Source: Octopus sinensis
Taxonomy: Eukaryota
Assembly: GCF_006345805.1 (NCBI RefSeq)
Contig: NC_043019.1
Location: forward strand, 24,489,360 to 24,553,359
Direction of reading: 5' to 3'
Length of the DNA: 64,000 bases
The translations under genes were made by a program, and so were the position numbers. The notes under the pieces were generated by a model. It was not told where the DNA came from. It saw only the letters and a list, made by a program, of their open reading frames with translations, and ran no database searches. This document shows, in pieces, positions 13,237-26,724 of this stretch. Positions within the stretch are counted from its first letter, which is position 1. Every line of letters begins with the position of its first letter.

Positions 13237-13275
<39 letters not shown>

Positions 13276-14570
13276 ATGTCTGTGTATAAACTTTGGTGCT
13301 TCACGTGCAGCTTGCGTGCTTAACATTAACATTTTATTATAAAATATTCGGACTACTCAATCAATGGCTAAAACGTCAAATACATTGATAATCATAAATA
13401 CTTCGGCTTCACAGCAACGTTTAGGTCAACAGACCTCGCCTGTTAGTGTCAATGGGCAATCCCTCGCCCGTTAACTCTCGTATTTAACATCTTACTTATA
13501 GTGTTTTGCCACCAAGAAAGCCGGTTAGTTGGTACATCTAACATCTATTATAAAAGAGGTAAAATAACAAGAAAATAGCGACATAAACCTCATAATTAAT
13601 TCAATTATTTGCCATTTTTACAACAGAAGGTCTAGTCGGTACAAATCGTTTGATCTCTGACAACAAAAAGAGACATTCTTTATGGACATGTCAACAAGCC
13701 TTCATGAAGTTTGTATTTTCAACTTTGACATGGCGCTTTGATAATTATTTGACTGTCTTCTTAATTTTCTTTTAATATGATATGTTCTCATGCGACGAAG
13801 TGCTTCTATCACGAATAGATCTTGTCATCTGCTGTTTTTCATCAATCAGAGAACGGAATTAAATAAAACTGTTTTATTGGCTACTTTATACTTTCAGACG
13901 AACATACATGTCGTTGGTAGAGTTCCCGTTTTATTTCTTCGGAAAGAAAATAACATTAATTTAGCTATGTTGCTCTAGAAGACGTAAGACTTTTAATTGA
14001 TGTACTACACGTACACTAAATATTTAATATCAACACTTCGAGTAATCAATATATTGTGGGAAATTAATGCAAAAGCTACGATATCATCAGTGAGATATGT
14101 TAAAGTTGACTATCTTCATTAGTTTCTTTTTCGATATTTCGTAGGGAGCGGAGCTGTTATGGAATCTTAATGTTCTACAAAATTTCATTATACCTTAAGT
14201 AACCCTTCTGGACTCTTATTACTTCGTTTTCAATATGTAGGTTGTCGTGATTCTTGGAGATGAGTCTTCTCGATATTCAAACCTACCTCAAATGACTAAG
14301 ATATAACAATATTTTAACACTTCAAAACAAAAAATATTCATTCTGTTACCTAATGAGAAAGAAGTGCAATAGCGGGGAAATGATGAAATTATGTGTACTC
14401 ATTGAAGTGATATATTCTTTTTCATATAAGACCATATAATCTAATAAGGTAATCGAAATGTAGACAGACGGTGCTGAATTAGTAACATTGCATTGTGACT
14501 CTTACAAAGACTTCACCTTCACAGATTTAGTTCAACCAAGTGATAATCAGATCAATCAGGAGATAAAATA

Positions 14571-15581
14571 CAGGGGTTGGACAAAAATACGGAAACACCT
14601 AGCATCATAGCCTCATAACTTTGAGATATCTATAAAACCCTCAAAATCTTGTTTATTTTTATGTTTTTTTTTTAATTTATTATTAGTGTTGCTTAATATG
14701 TTTTGATAAAATTGATGTTTCTTTTCAGATATCATCAGAAAAAGGTAATTAAAATTCAATAAAATGACAGATCTATCGGACTTTCAAAGAGGTCAAATTG
14801 TTGTTCCTCGTATGGCAGGCACTAGCGTAACGAAAACAGCCGAAATGTTTGGTGTATCAAGAAATACTGTTTCGAAAGTAATGAGAGCCTTTGAGAAAGA
14901 GGGAAAACCTCCTCGTCGAAACAAGACCCCAAGAGAAAACCAAAGCTTTCAGATGGGGACCGTCGGACTCTTACGTCAGTTGTTAGAAAGAATCACAAAC
15001 GTACAGCTCCCAAAATTATTGCAGAGCTTAATGAACATCTCACGAACCCAGTTTCCACAAAAGCTGTTCACCAGAAGCTGCACAAAGCCTGATTTCACGG
15101 GAGGCTGCAATCAGAAAACCACTACTTTCAAAAACAAACGTTGCAAAGCATTTAGAGTGGAGTAGAAACCTACAGAATTTAGTCCTAGAGCAGTGGAAGA
15201 ATGTTATTTTCCTGGAGTAGTCATTTTTTACCCTATTTCCAACCACCGGCCGAGTATACGTATGGAGACAGCCAAAAGAAGCATTTGACCTAGACTGACT
15301 TCTTCCAACTGTTAAACATGGAGGAGAATCTGTAATGATCTGGGGGTGGCTATATCTCGGAAGTTCGCCGGCCCAGTGGTTTCCCTTCATGACAGAATTA
15401 TTAGTCAAAACTATTTAAGCATTTTATTTGATCAAATTCATCCTATGTTTGCAAAACTGATTCCAGAGGAAAACGCAATCTTTCATGATGATAATGGATC
15501 AATTCACACAGCTAGATATTACTGAATGGCACGAGGCGCATTCTAGTGATATTGAACATCTTATCTGGCCACCACAGTCCC

Positions 15582-15583
<2 letters not shown>
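14571..15583 (+). mobile_element. Tc1 transposon copy A (5' TIR present, 3' end lost)
   Basis: TA|CAGGGGTTGGACAAAA TIR; frameshifted transposase starting MTDLSDFQRGQIV at 14764; stops at an (AG)n tract. Confidence 0.9.
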
Positions 15584-15627
<44 letters not shown>

Positions 15628-15634
15628 TAGAGAG

Positions 15635-15712
<78 letters not shown>

Positions 15713-15790
15713 CATACATAGATACATAGATAGATACATAGATAGATGGATGGATGGATAGATAGATAGATAGAAAGATAGATAGATAGG

Positions 15791-15834
<44 letters not shown>

Positions 15835-16079
15835 GAGGCAGAGAGAGAGAGACAGAGAGAGAGAATGGCAGACAGACAGAGATGCACACATACACAGATA
15901 GATAGATGAACAATTCGATAATTTAACACACTTACACACAGGTATGCATATATATATATATATATATATATGCATATCTTTATCGAATCTTGTCATATAT
16001 CTTCTCTCACAGGTTTTTGTCCTCTCCCAGTTTCTCATCTCTCTTTGTCATTTCTCTTTCTCTACATTTTCCTCTTATA

Positions 16080-16128
<49 letters not shown>

Positions 16129-16130
16129 TA
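15584..16130. repeat. (AG)n/(AGAT)n/(TA)n/(CT)n microsatellite cluster
   Basis: Directly visible. Confidence 0.9.
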
Positions 16131-17144
16131 CTTTTTCTCATTCTCCTCTCTCTAATGCTACTTTTACTTTCCATCATCTCACTTTTCACCTGTGTTCTGG
16201 TTCTTTTCTATTCGTTTCTAATCGTGATAAATGAAGCCTTATCTACACACAGTTTGGTAGACCGCTGGTAGACTAGGTTTTCTTTGGACAAACCATGTCA
16301 CCTGATGAAATTTGTTGCCGAATGATGCTGTAAATTATTTCTGTTAGATTGCGGAGGCGCTATAAGAATATGAAGGGTGCAACTTTGATTTTCCTGGCAT
16401 TACTTTCACTTGAAATAGATACAAGCACACATGTCTCTTTTCTATGACATTTAAATGTCACGAGAGTTTACATTTTTTTGTTGGAGGATATCGGAAGCTG
16501 CTTCAGACTATGTAGTATCTGCAGGCAAATATCTGCTGACAAGTAGTATCTGCAGTAATAAAATTCCCTGGAGTACGAAACGACTCCATCAATAACGCAC
16601 CGGTTATATTGGGACAAGGTGTCCTTGGCTTCTTGGGACTGAGGTACTGAGCTCCTTTTGTCTCTGGATTTAAAGATCATATACTGGTTATATCATGCTT
16701 TGAATTTCTTAGTGCGAGCTTTGATGATTATATATTATTTTTCAACTTGAAAACGAAGTTCCATATTTTGAGAAAGGAGAGTATTTTATTTACTCGTTGC
16801 TCTTATTTTGTCAACTCCAGCAACTGAAAAACAAACCTAGCTCCAATAGATTGTATCTAATTTAATTCAAATTATTTTACATGGCTTCCCATCATTTTTG
16901 TGGTTCATTTGCCATATTTAATTATGGTTATGAATAATTAAATGTTTAAGATCAATAAGCAATGTATAGATTCGAATTCAAAGGGACAGAGGTAAATGGT
17001 GTCAGTAAGTTCTAAACGATGCTCTACGGTTTCCATTATTCCATCATCTTCATTTCGATAATTATGGTAACGAGCTTGGCTTTGGTGTTTGGTTCATTTA
17101 GACGTTAACTTCTCTACCACAAAATGACGAGACATTTGAATATA

Positions 17145-18170
17145 CAAGGGATGGACAAAATAATGGAAGCACCTTAAAATTTTAAAGAAATTTATTTTAA
17201 TATGGGGTAATTACAGCTTCGAGGTATGGACTCGGACAAAGTGTGAGTTGTTTCCAAATGAATTTTTGTCCATTCTACAACTAAAACAGTCTCCAGATAG
17301 TGGATGATATTGACACCTTACTTGTTTTTCTAAAATGCACCATAAATGTTCAATAATATTGAGATCTGGGGACTGTGGTTGCCAGATAAGATGTTCAACT
17401 TTGCTAGAATGTACCTTGTGCCATTCACTAACAACTTTAGCTGTGTGAATTAATCCATTATCATCATGAAAGATTGCGTTTTCCTCTGGAAACAGGTTCG
17501 CAAACATAGAATGAATTTGATCAGATAAAATGCTTAAATTATCTTGATTATTAATTCTGCCATGAAGGGAAACCATTGGGCCGGAAGATTTCCAAGATAT
17601 AGCCACCCCCAGATCATCACAGATCCTCCTCCATGTTTAACAGTTGGAAGAATGCAGTCTGAGTCAAATGCTTCTTTTGGCTGTCTCTACACGTATACTC
17701 GGCCGGTAGTCGGAAATAAGGTAAAGAATGACTCGTCCTAGAAAATAACATTCTTTCACTGCTCTAAGGATCAATTTTGTAGGTTTCTACTCCACTCTAA
17801 ATGCTTTGCAACATTTGTTTTTGAAAGTAGTGGTTTTCTGATTGCAGCCCTCCCGTGAAATCCGGCTTTGTGCAGCTCCTGATGAACAGCTTTTGTGGAA
17901 ACCAAGTTATCGAAGTGGTCATTAAGCTCTGCAATAATTTGGGGAATTGTACTTTTGTGATTCTTTCTAACAATTCGCGTGAGAATTCGACGGTCCCTAT
18001 CTGAAAGTTTTGGTTTTCTTCCGGAATTTTGTTTCGACGAGAATATTTTTCTCTTCTTTCTCAAAGTCTATCATTACTTTCGAGGCAGTACTTCTTTATA
18101 CATCAAACATTTCGGCTGTTTTCGTTACGCTAGCGCCTGCCATTCGAGCACCAACAATTTCACCTCTGTA
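17145..18170 (-). mobile_element. Tc1 transposon copy B (3' TIR present, 5' end lost)
   Basis: TIR TA|CAAGGGATGGACAAAA at 17143. DD34E remnants: IF*DES, FHDDNGLIH, SPDLNIIEHLW. Homologous to copy A. Confidence 0.9.
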
Positions 18171-18892
18171 TATGCATTGATTTTTTCCTATTTATTTTCG
18201 GGTAAGTGTATGGTCCATTATCAATCCATTATTTTAGTTTTTTTTTTTGTGAAGATTCTTCTTAAATATCTTTACTCCGCGCTGCAAGCAATTCTGTTCA
18301 GTGCTCTAAAATCTCAAGTAGCAATAATCTCAACATGCTACATTTATTTTATTGAATGTTAATAACTTGCTCACGTATGCTCGCACGCAAACATACTCGG
18401 GTATATACACTCACACACATGCTATCGTTAATCGCAAGATTTATTTGATTTTTTTATCGATTTCCCTGTCTTAGTTTTATCAACTTCTCTCCTTCAACGA
18501 AATTATAAATGTAAGCGAATAAGTGTTAGTAAAATTTCAACTTTTCTATTACAGCAGAATAATATCTTTGGCATGAAGTTGGCCTTTGTTTGAATTAGAA
18601 AGTTGGGAAATTTGGTTCCTGCTGACAACCATCTTATTTGTGGATATAAAAGAATATTCAAAAACAAAAAGTACATTTTTGATTTTAACTTTTGCTTTTG
18701 TCATAGAACAGGGAAAATTGAGAAATAATTACGAAGACAACGGTTCTGTAAAGCGCTTTCATGGTGGTATGCGTACATGGTATCTTTGTAGCAGTGTCAA
18801 TGTAATTCATAGAAGTACAAACGCCCTTGAAAACATCAGAAATTTGGTTGGTTATATGTCTACCGAGCTATGTAGGAACTAACATACATACA

Positions 18893-19125
18893 TATTTCTT
18901 TATTACCCACAAGGGGCTAAACATAGAGTGGACAAACAAGGACAGACATAGGTATTAAGTCGATTACATCGACCCCAGTGCGTAACTGGTGCTTAATTTA
19001 TCGACCCCGAAAGGATGAAAGGCAAAGTCGACCTCGGCGGAATTTGAACTCACAACGTAACGGCAGACGAAATACCGCAAAGCATTTCGCCCGGCGTGCT
19101 AACGCTTCTCCCAGCTCGCCGCCTT
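18893..19125 (-). mobile_element. SINE family A with 16-bp TSD
   Basis: TSD AACTAACATACATACA at 18877-18892 and 19126-19141; complete head. Confidence 0.92.
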
Positions 19126-19592
19126 AACTAACATACATACAGATAGCGTGCAAAGACATTTAACAATTAAAAGGATGCATGTATTGAGCAGGATGATTAA
19201 TTCTTGTCAGGAAAAATGATGAAATAACTCTGAAGTTATTTCTTGTAAGTTCAACTTATTGAATTTAATTAGATGTCTTATTGAGTCGTACATTTCGAAA
19301 TGAGTTTGATTTTTGGAATTTATGGTGAAAATTTTCGCCATGGTTCGTTCTCAACAGATCTTCTATGTAAAATAATGTTTATACTAATAGATGTAATAGC
19401 TTAAAGACATCTGTATAGAATGCTATTTAGGGACGTCTTCTTCATGAAAGCTGTGTGCTAACATAGTTCAGTTAGTCAAATCATTCTGATATCATACATG
19501 TGGTCAGTGAAAAATTATTAACCTAATGATTAATTCTGGTCAAGAATGGTATGGATAATTTTTCCGGAAAAATTCTTTTAAGCCATCATATC

Positions 19593-19596
<4 letters not shown>

Positions 19597-19627
<31 letters not shown>

Positions 19628-20242
19628 ATTTGGCTCAAAAGCAAATAGCAAGGCCATGTAGGGGGACATGGAGTTAAGTACAGGGTGGTGTTCATGTAAA
19701 GAGTTCAGGCCACTTGAGGTCCAGGGAGGCTTTGAACAAAGCGGTCGTCGGCATCTTCACCATCTCGTCCGGCAGCTTGTTCCACGGATCCGCAATCCGG
19801 ACGGAGAAAGCTCCTCTCCTTCGATTGAGATGAAATCGTCGCAGGTAGAGCTTTTCGGAATGACCCCGCAGCCGACGCTCCGGAGCAGGAGTGAAGAACA
19901 GCTCTTTCGAGAGGTTACACTTCCCGCTTATGATGTTGTGGGCGAGAATGAGATCACCACGGCGGCGGCGTTTTTCAAGAGAATAAAGGTCGAGCGTCCT
20001 CAGCCTTTCTTCGTAGGACAAATTTTTGAGACCATGAACCATGCGGGTAGCCAGCCTCTGGACTCTTTCGAGATGCTGTATGTCTTTGAGGAGATAAGGA
20101 GAAGAGGCTTGAATCCCATACTCCAATATGGGTCTCACCAGCGTGACATAGAGTGGTAGGAATATGGCTGCTGTGAGCATTCCGAATGACCGTCGAATCA
20201 AAAACAGAATTCCGCGCGCTTTGTTGGCAACATGGACAGTGT
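19597..20242 (-). mobile_element. 5'-truncated CR1-clade LINE, young copy
   Basis: Uninterrupted ORF2 C-terminus (LYVTLVRPILEY...LERVQRLATRMV..L..LSYEERL..LDLYSLEKRRRRGDLI...RGHSEKL...FSVRIADPWNKLP); (CTAA)n 3' tail; TSD TCTTAG at 19591-19596 and 20243-20248. Confidence 0.93.
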
Positions 20243-23200
20243 TCTTAGCTCAAAGTGTTTTTCTCAGTCAGTTACAGTCTCGTAGATCTGCAGGTAACAC
20301 TTTATCTAGATGACAAAGTCTAATAAGACTGAATTATACCCGGTGTTCTTACTGTTTTTCAAATATCTCCCTTACATATACTAATTTGAGTTTTTAATTC
20401 ATTCTGATTAACTTGAATTTTGGAATTGAATCTTTCCTTTCTTGATAAGAACTTATCATTAGGTTATTTCTTCTTTTCATAACTGTAGTAATCTTGATTA
20501 ATCAAAATTGCCAATATTATTTTAATTAACAATATGTTTGGTTCGCTACATTAACTTTAACTTTGCTATGTTAATTGCACCGACCACGTTTATATTCTTT
20601 GAATTTTTTTATATAATTAATGATATGAAATGCGGACAACAGAATGGCTAGGCTTGAAAAGGGCGCATAAAAAACATATAGTACAATAACAAATGAAATA
20701 TCTGAAGGCATTATTATATAACACTATAGAATGGATTGTGTTTGCAGTAAAAAAAATTCAAATTTGCACCTTGCCATTGTGCCTAATGTCATAGAAAACA
20801 ATAACACATCCACACATGCGACACAATTCACAGGTTTTCTTGAATATTAAGTGATTTGTAATTTGTCGTCAATATCTTTAAAATGCAACTAGCTTTGTAC
20901 ATGTCTTACATAGTGGAACGTTTGGAGTGCTGTTCCTAATATTAAGGCTAGTGATAATAACAGGTTCGAATTTGTTTTAGACGAGCAGAATTCACGATTC
21001 GTTTCCTATAGCTACTTGAATTACTATTTTTATTTCATTTTTGTTATTACACTTCTAGAGAAAAGTCAAGGACGTTACAAGCTTCTGATTCTCAATATGT
21101 GTTGGCAAAAATATAAACGAATCTATATTAAGGACTTAGTGGGTGATGCAAAGTTCTAGTAAAACTCGGAAATATCTGCCGTTCAGTTTTAATTAATGTT
21201 TATAACTTTCCTATTAATTATATATTTATCATCGTTACATTCTATATATTCTAAACTTTGCAGATTCAAGTTAATTTTAAGAAACAAATTTTAAATATCC
21301 CTTTAAAAATAATGCTTTCTAAATTGTCACATATATCTTTAAACTTTTGTGATTTTAATAAATAACTTTTAAAGTGGACTAACGTACTAAAGAGTTAGTC
21401 AGGACGTTTATCTTTAACATAAGTACGTGTCAAATAATAGCATCGACATAATTAACTACTTGCCCCCAATTAACGTTGATCTTTGAAAGTGGAAGAAATC
21501 ATTGTTGTTATAAGTGAACGCAGCAATAATGTAGAAAGCGTATTTGAATTAGATTGGATCACATTTATAGCAATACCATCTGTTAATACTCACAAAAACT
21601 CTAGTTACATTTCAAATGTAAAAAACCGTTTCCTCTTCTATAATATGAAGATAACCAGGTGAAAGGCTAACAGTTACAAAGGTATTACTAAACTTTCTAC
21701 AAAAACTTTCCTTCAGATTCTAAAGATTTAAAGCTATTAAAATATTTATTTAGCTCAAATAATTAGTTTTTAAGTGTCTATTTTTGTAAGCGGGAAACAA
21801 ATGGTTTCTAAGGATTTTGATATTTTAGTTAACTTTGCTTTTAATTAAAGTTTTATTTGGAAAACTGTGGCAACAAGATCCAGATAATTTTAAAATATTA
21901 ACAAGTAGTGTTTATGTTATACTATATAAATGTATAAAAAAAGACATTCCGAATGTTTCCGTTTACCTAACTCTTAAATATCTACATTAGGTTTTGTGAA
22001 AATATTCCATTTCATAAATTAGTATTCTATCAAGATAGAAGGAAATATCAGATTAATAATCCCTTTGTATCTGTGAGAAAATAATAAAATTCATAATCCC
22101 TTCAGTTATAAAGAAACACTAATTTCTAGAAAAAGAGATTCTACTATAAATATCGTTAAAACATGCCGTTCAAGAGCCGTTCTAGGTGGGTTTGAAGTAA
22201 AAGAATACCGTATGTTTGTGGGATAGCGGTGTATAATTTTTGTGGGAAATTTGCCAATTACATATGTTGCTTCTTTTACTAGTGTTTGAATGTAGCAACA
22301 CCACTGTTCCGGATATATGAATAGTACTCTAGCATACAATACAACTCTTCAGAGCGTAGTTATTTTCTGGCTCTCAGGATGAAACATGCTGAAGCAAATT
22401 AATATTAAATGAAAACATGTAACAAGAAGTGAAAAAAAGCCATGATAGAAGTGCGTCAACTCGTTCGAAAGCTCATTATTTATTATGAGTATAACTGTTT
22501 TTCTTTGCTATACATAGTATTATATCTCGATATTGATGTCAGAGACTAGGTTCTCATATCCCCACTGTACTACGCTTCCGAGGTCTCTCTTTCTACAGAA
22601 AGGTCATACTTAACGAATATTATTAGCATGTTTCGGTGCAAAACTACTACCAATATAAACTTTAATGACGTCATTTCAAAATGATTATTTGTAAGTGAAT
22701 AAAGTGACTCAGAATACCTATTAGCATGTATATAGTGTGAACAATTTTAACATGTTGCTACAGTTTTGTTTTTAAATCCTTTTCAGTTCATCTTCGCCAT
22801 TTTGTTGTGAATATATTTCACTACATACACTGTCGTATATACCAACAGATATTCGACCATCTTTAAAAGATTAAAGAATATTCGTTGTGTTAAAATGGCC
22901 CATCATAAAGTAATTTTGTTTAGTTGTCCTTGCATATCTATTTCAACTGCCTGCCAAGCAGCTTAACCAGTAATACAGTGGATCAGCTGTCACGGAATCC
23001 ATGAGCGTGGTAGTAAACGAGGTCCTCGGGTGGAAAGATTTAATGATTTCAAAATAGAGTAAATTGAGGTTTTTGGTGAGGGGAGGTTTGACAGAAGAAT
23101 AGAAATAGGGATGAGAAGACGTCCATTAACTCATCCCGTATGATCTCGGTTATTAGCCGGTTTATATTATTGTTGAATAGACATTTGAATCAACTTGGCA

Positions 23201-23329
23201 TCATTATATTAGACCTATTGGTAACCCATACTTGATAAAAATTCTCAAAGCTCCGTTTTGTAAATGTTTACTGTGAAAATGACTATAACACTTTTCATAA
23301 TTCTAAATTTTTCCTATTTCAGTTCTATA

Positions 23330-23676
23330 TTTAAGAGATAAGGAATTATGTACATTATTTACATTTGAAGGATAATTGTCCTCATCTTGTTTGTTGTTAG
23401 GACGACGTTTCGGCTGATATACTCTCCAGCCTTCATCAGGTTTCTTGGGGAAATTTCGAACCGGGATTCTCATTCTCATTTTTCGATAATTATTATTATT
23501 ATTATTATTATTATTATCATCATCATCATCATTATTATTATGCAGGCTGCAGCCTGAAATCGAACTCGAAATCTTGGGCTAGTAGCCCGCGCTTTTAACC
23601 ACTACGCCATATGCCCGTGGACATATGGCGTAGTGGATAAGATGAGGACAAATATCCTTCAAATGTAAATAATGTA
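23330..23676 (-). mobile_element. tRNA-headed SINE-like element carrying a hammerhead motif, fused head-to-head with a deleted inverted copy
   Basis: A box TGGCGTAGTGG, B box GAGTTCGATTTC, (TAA/TGA)n spacer and HHR core. Outer 38-bp inverted arms (23351-23388 / 23639-23676) match 37/38; inner 15-bp palindrome arms (23599-23613 / 23622-23636) are perfect. Confidence 0.8.
23396..23446 (-). ncRNA. Type I hammerhead ribozyme motif (helix I degenerate in this copy)
   Basis: CUGAUGA-a-GGCUG(gagaguauau)CAGCC-GAAAC-GUC; helix I gives only ~2 Watson-Crick pairs here (AGAAAC vs GUCCU). Confidence 0.65.
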
Positions 23677-23769
23677 GATAATGTTATTCATATTTATTTC
23701 CTAATAAAGGGACTCACATACAAACGCGCGCGCACACACATACACAGATATATATATATATATATATAC

Positions 23770-24330
23770 TATATATGTGGGAAATTATGGTCTGTGGCTG
23801 TCCTACATCGTTTATCGATTTTGATAAAACTTGACACGTGAGTAGAATCCATGTCTGGAAATCTCATAGCATACTCAGATTGTTTGAAAAAAATCAATAA
23901 TAGGCCCCTGGAAGGGATCCTTATATATATCTAATATATTTCATTTTAACAATCAAGGGAAATAACCCATTCGCCCAGATTTTAACAGCCAAGGGAAATA
24001 ACCCATTCATTTTCCTAAATCATTTGGCATAAATCAAATTGAGTATGCTTATTTCTTAATATTTGAACTGTTAGAGTTATTTTCGCAATTTATCCAGTAC
24101 AACCCTTAAACAAGTAAATAGCATTCTCTTAAACAATTGATCCACTTATTTTGGTTAGTGACTTATTCACGAACATATCAACACTAGCGCCGCTGAGGGT
24201 AACATTTTCTGCTAATGCACAAAAGCCCTTTTCAGAGTTATTTACTTTGAATTGTTATTATCTCATATCTGATTAGTCTCTTACTACGAAAAATGCTACA
24301 CGATTTTAGTATACATACCCTATTACATTT
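23770..24330. mobile_element. Possible non-autonomous Helitron-like repeat with internal ~36-bp tandem repeat
   Basis: ATTTTAACA..CAAGGGAAATAACCCATTC twice (23943-24008). Family assignment is from recalled resemblance only. Confidence 0.35.
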
Positions 24331-24542
24331 ATCCTAAGTTCTATATACTCTGGGAACGCATTAAAACCCTTTTCGTGGCTACTTTATTTGGTAACTAATT
24401 TCATGTTATTACATTACTGACTTCACAATTTGGATATTTATAAGTTATTGGGAATTCCTAAAAACTGTGTAAGACAATTCGATATTCTCTGTAAATGCAC
24501 AAAAATCATTTTAAGTGCAACATACTTTGAGTGGCTATACAT

Positions 24543-24582
<40 letters not shown>

Positions 24583-24679
24583 ACATAAATACATACATAC
24601 ATACATACATACATACATACATACATACATACATACAGACAGACGGACATACAGACGAAGACACAGACAGACAGATAGT

Positions 24680-25000
24680 AGGGTGGAAGCTATTGTCACT
24701 CATAATAAAGGAGTACTGGCGGAATGTCCTAGGAAAACCTCAATAAAATGTAAACGCAATAGACTTGACATAATAATTTAGGATAGAGAAGAGACACTGT
24801 GTGCAGTTGTGAAAATCAGCGACCCAGCGGATGTTAATATGAAGATAAAGATCAGCGAAGAAGAGAATACCTACGCTGAACTATTGAGACACCTGTAGTT
24901 ACTCTATCCAGATTGCAAGTTCAGGTTTATACATCTAATTATTGAGGCAAGGGAATATGTAACACACTACCTAAATACCAATCTTCAGAAATTAGACTTT
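24680..25000 (+). mobile_element. REL-endonuclease non-LTR retrotransposon (R4/Dong/NeSL-like) 3' fragment
   Basis: KTSIKCKRNRLDIII*DREETLCAVVKISDPADVN.KIKISEEENTYAELL resembles a degenerate PD-(D/E)xK REL domain; homologous to 37300-37800. Confidence 0.75.
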
Positions 25001-26724
25001 TAAATGTAAAACAACTCGATTTCATATAGGAGAAAAGTATTCAGAAAACCGATTTCTTTATTAAAAGATGTCTGGATTTATTTCAATACACATTAACAAA
25101 CCGAAGTTCAAGAAAGAAAAGATGGGTTTAAATCATATTATTTTCCTTTTTGTAACCCATTCCTGACATTATTTGGTTAGTTTATTTCGAACCCATTCAT
25201 GCAATAAAATTGGGAAATAACAAGGATTAAGGTGTTGAAAGTACATATCATTATTCAATATCTTCAAATAGTGATAAATGTTGATGACTCTTTTGCGGTG
25301 AAATAAAAAATTCCTCGCATATTCTACTCGATATGGGCAAGCGATTTGACCGAGGCCACTGACTTGATAGTTTATACTATTCCGAATTAAGAGACACTTC
25401 GCTATTTCGGTAGGGGTCTCTAACGAAATGATAACCCAATGAGCACGGATAACCTAATAATCACTGCCACAATGCTGCAGAAATATTTTATTTTCTATGC
25501 TGTTTATCTGAAAACTGGAACATTTTTAAGGGTTACTTAAATCATTCAATTAAAACATTAGCTAGTAGCAGTTTAAACGACAAGCTACGTTTCATTGATT
25601 ACGGGAGTAGAATTAGGAACAACAGAACTATTTGAATTGCTGGCTATACGTGTGGATGTGACTACACCGATAGCTAAAATCTATTTTGCATTGGTCTAGA
25701 AGCATTTCTCTGCAAAACATAGATTTTGTAAGAACTTTAACCAAAATATGATTAAATTACAATATATAACTATATTACACTCAATCTTGAGCGAGACATA
25801 ACCGTTTTGAACATGCGTAAATTAATTGGTAATAATTATGTAATCAATTATGATTGTAGCAATAATGTAAATCGCAATTTCATTTTTAAAAATAATTTTC
25901 ATTTAGATAAGAATTATCTCATTAAAGATGCAGCAAATGTAGTATACAAGTGTATGACTAGAAGCGCCTCTATAAGTAAGACTTGTATCGATTCAGCACT
26001 CAAAAGATTGAAAATTAAATAATGTACACGTTATCACAAGTTTCGAAACACGGAGAAGGAATATGATTTCACTATCGGTTGTATTTACTCTTAAGTATCA
26101 GCTATATTCACTATGACTTGACATGTAGAATATGAAAAACAGGAACAATCAGTATGAAGTACAACAGGACATTCTGTCAAAGGTCAGTTCATAAAATGGA
26201 ATTAAAAGATCATGTGAATATATTTGGCTGAATAACAACTGATACATCTGCTAAAGAGTCTGAACAGGAATTCGGAGATAATTTCGGTTTTGTAAATAAC
26301 GCTTCATAAGATTGTCAAAACATGTATCCAATTGATTTATGGTCATGTGTATACGTTTCTATAGCATATTGTGTTTTGGTTTGAAGTAGTAGTATTAGGA
26401 ATGAGATAACGGTATTTCAACTTGATCTATGCTTATAATTACATACATGGTTTATTATGTTTATTTCCTCAAATTAAAATTCTTCCATATAATTATGATG
26501 TAGACATATACTTGTATGAGTGTATATACAGATATAATGTTTTATATGCAATGAATCCCGGACAAGGGTCTTTCACCTCGTCACAATTGAACGAAGAGGT
26601 ATGAGTGACAGTGGGTTGTCGGAAAATATACAGGAAAATATACAGGAAGCACTGCAATCGCAGTTAACTGGAACAACCTTGTCACATGTTGTGTCATGTG
26701 GATTCTGATTGGAAATTAAATTCA

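Noticed and set aside
16370-16700. Possible very old mariner remnant
   Set aside because: Only a vague TIR-like start and one weak WD motif; not enough support.
18710-18769. Plus-strand exon-like segment (EQGKLRNNYEDNGSVKRFHG)
   Set aside because: Good acceptor but modest donor, no recognisable protein and no partner exons on that strand; within chance expectation.
19668-20159. 163-aa plus-strand ORF
   Set aside because: Antisense shadow of the CR1 ORF2 on the minus strand.
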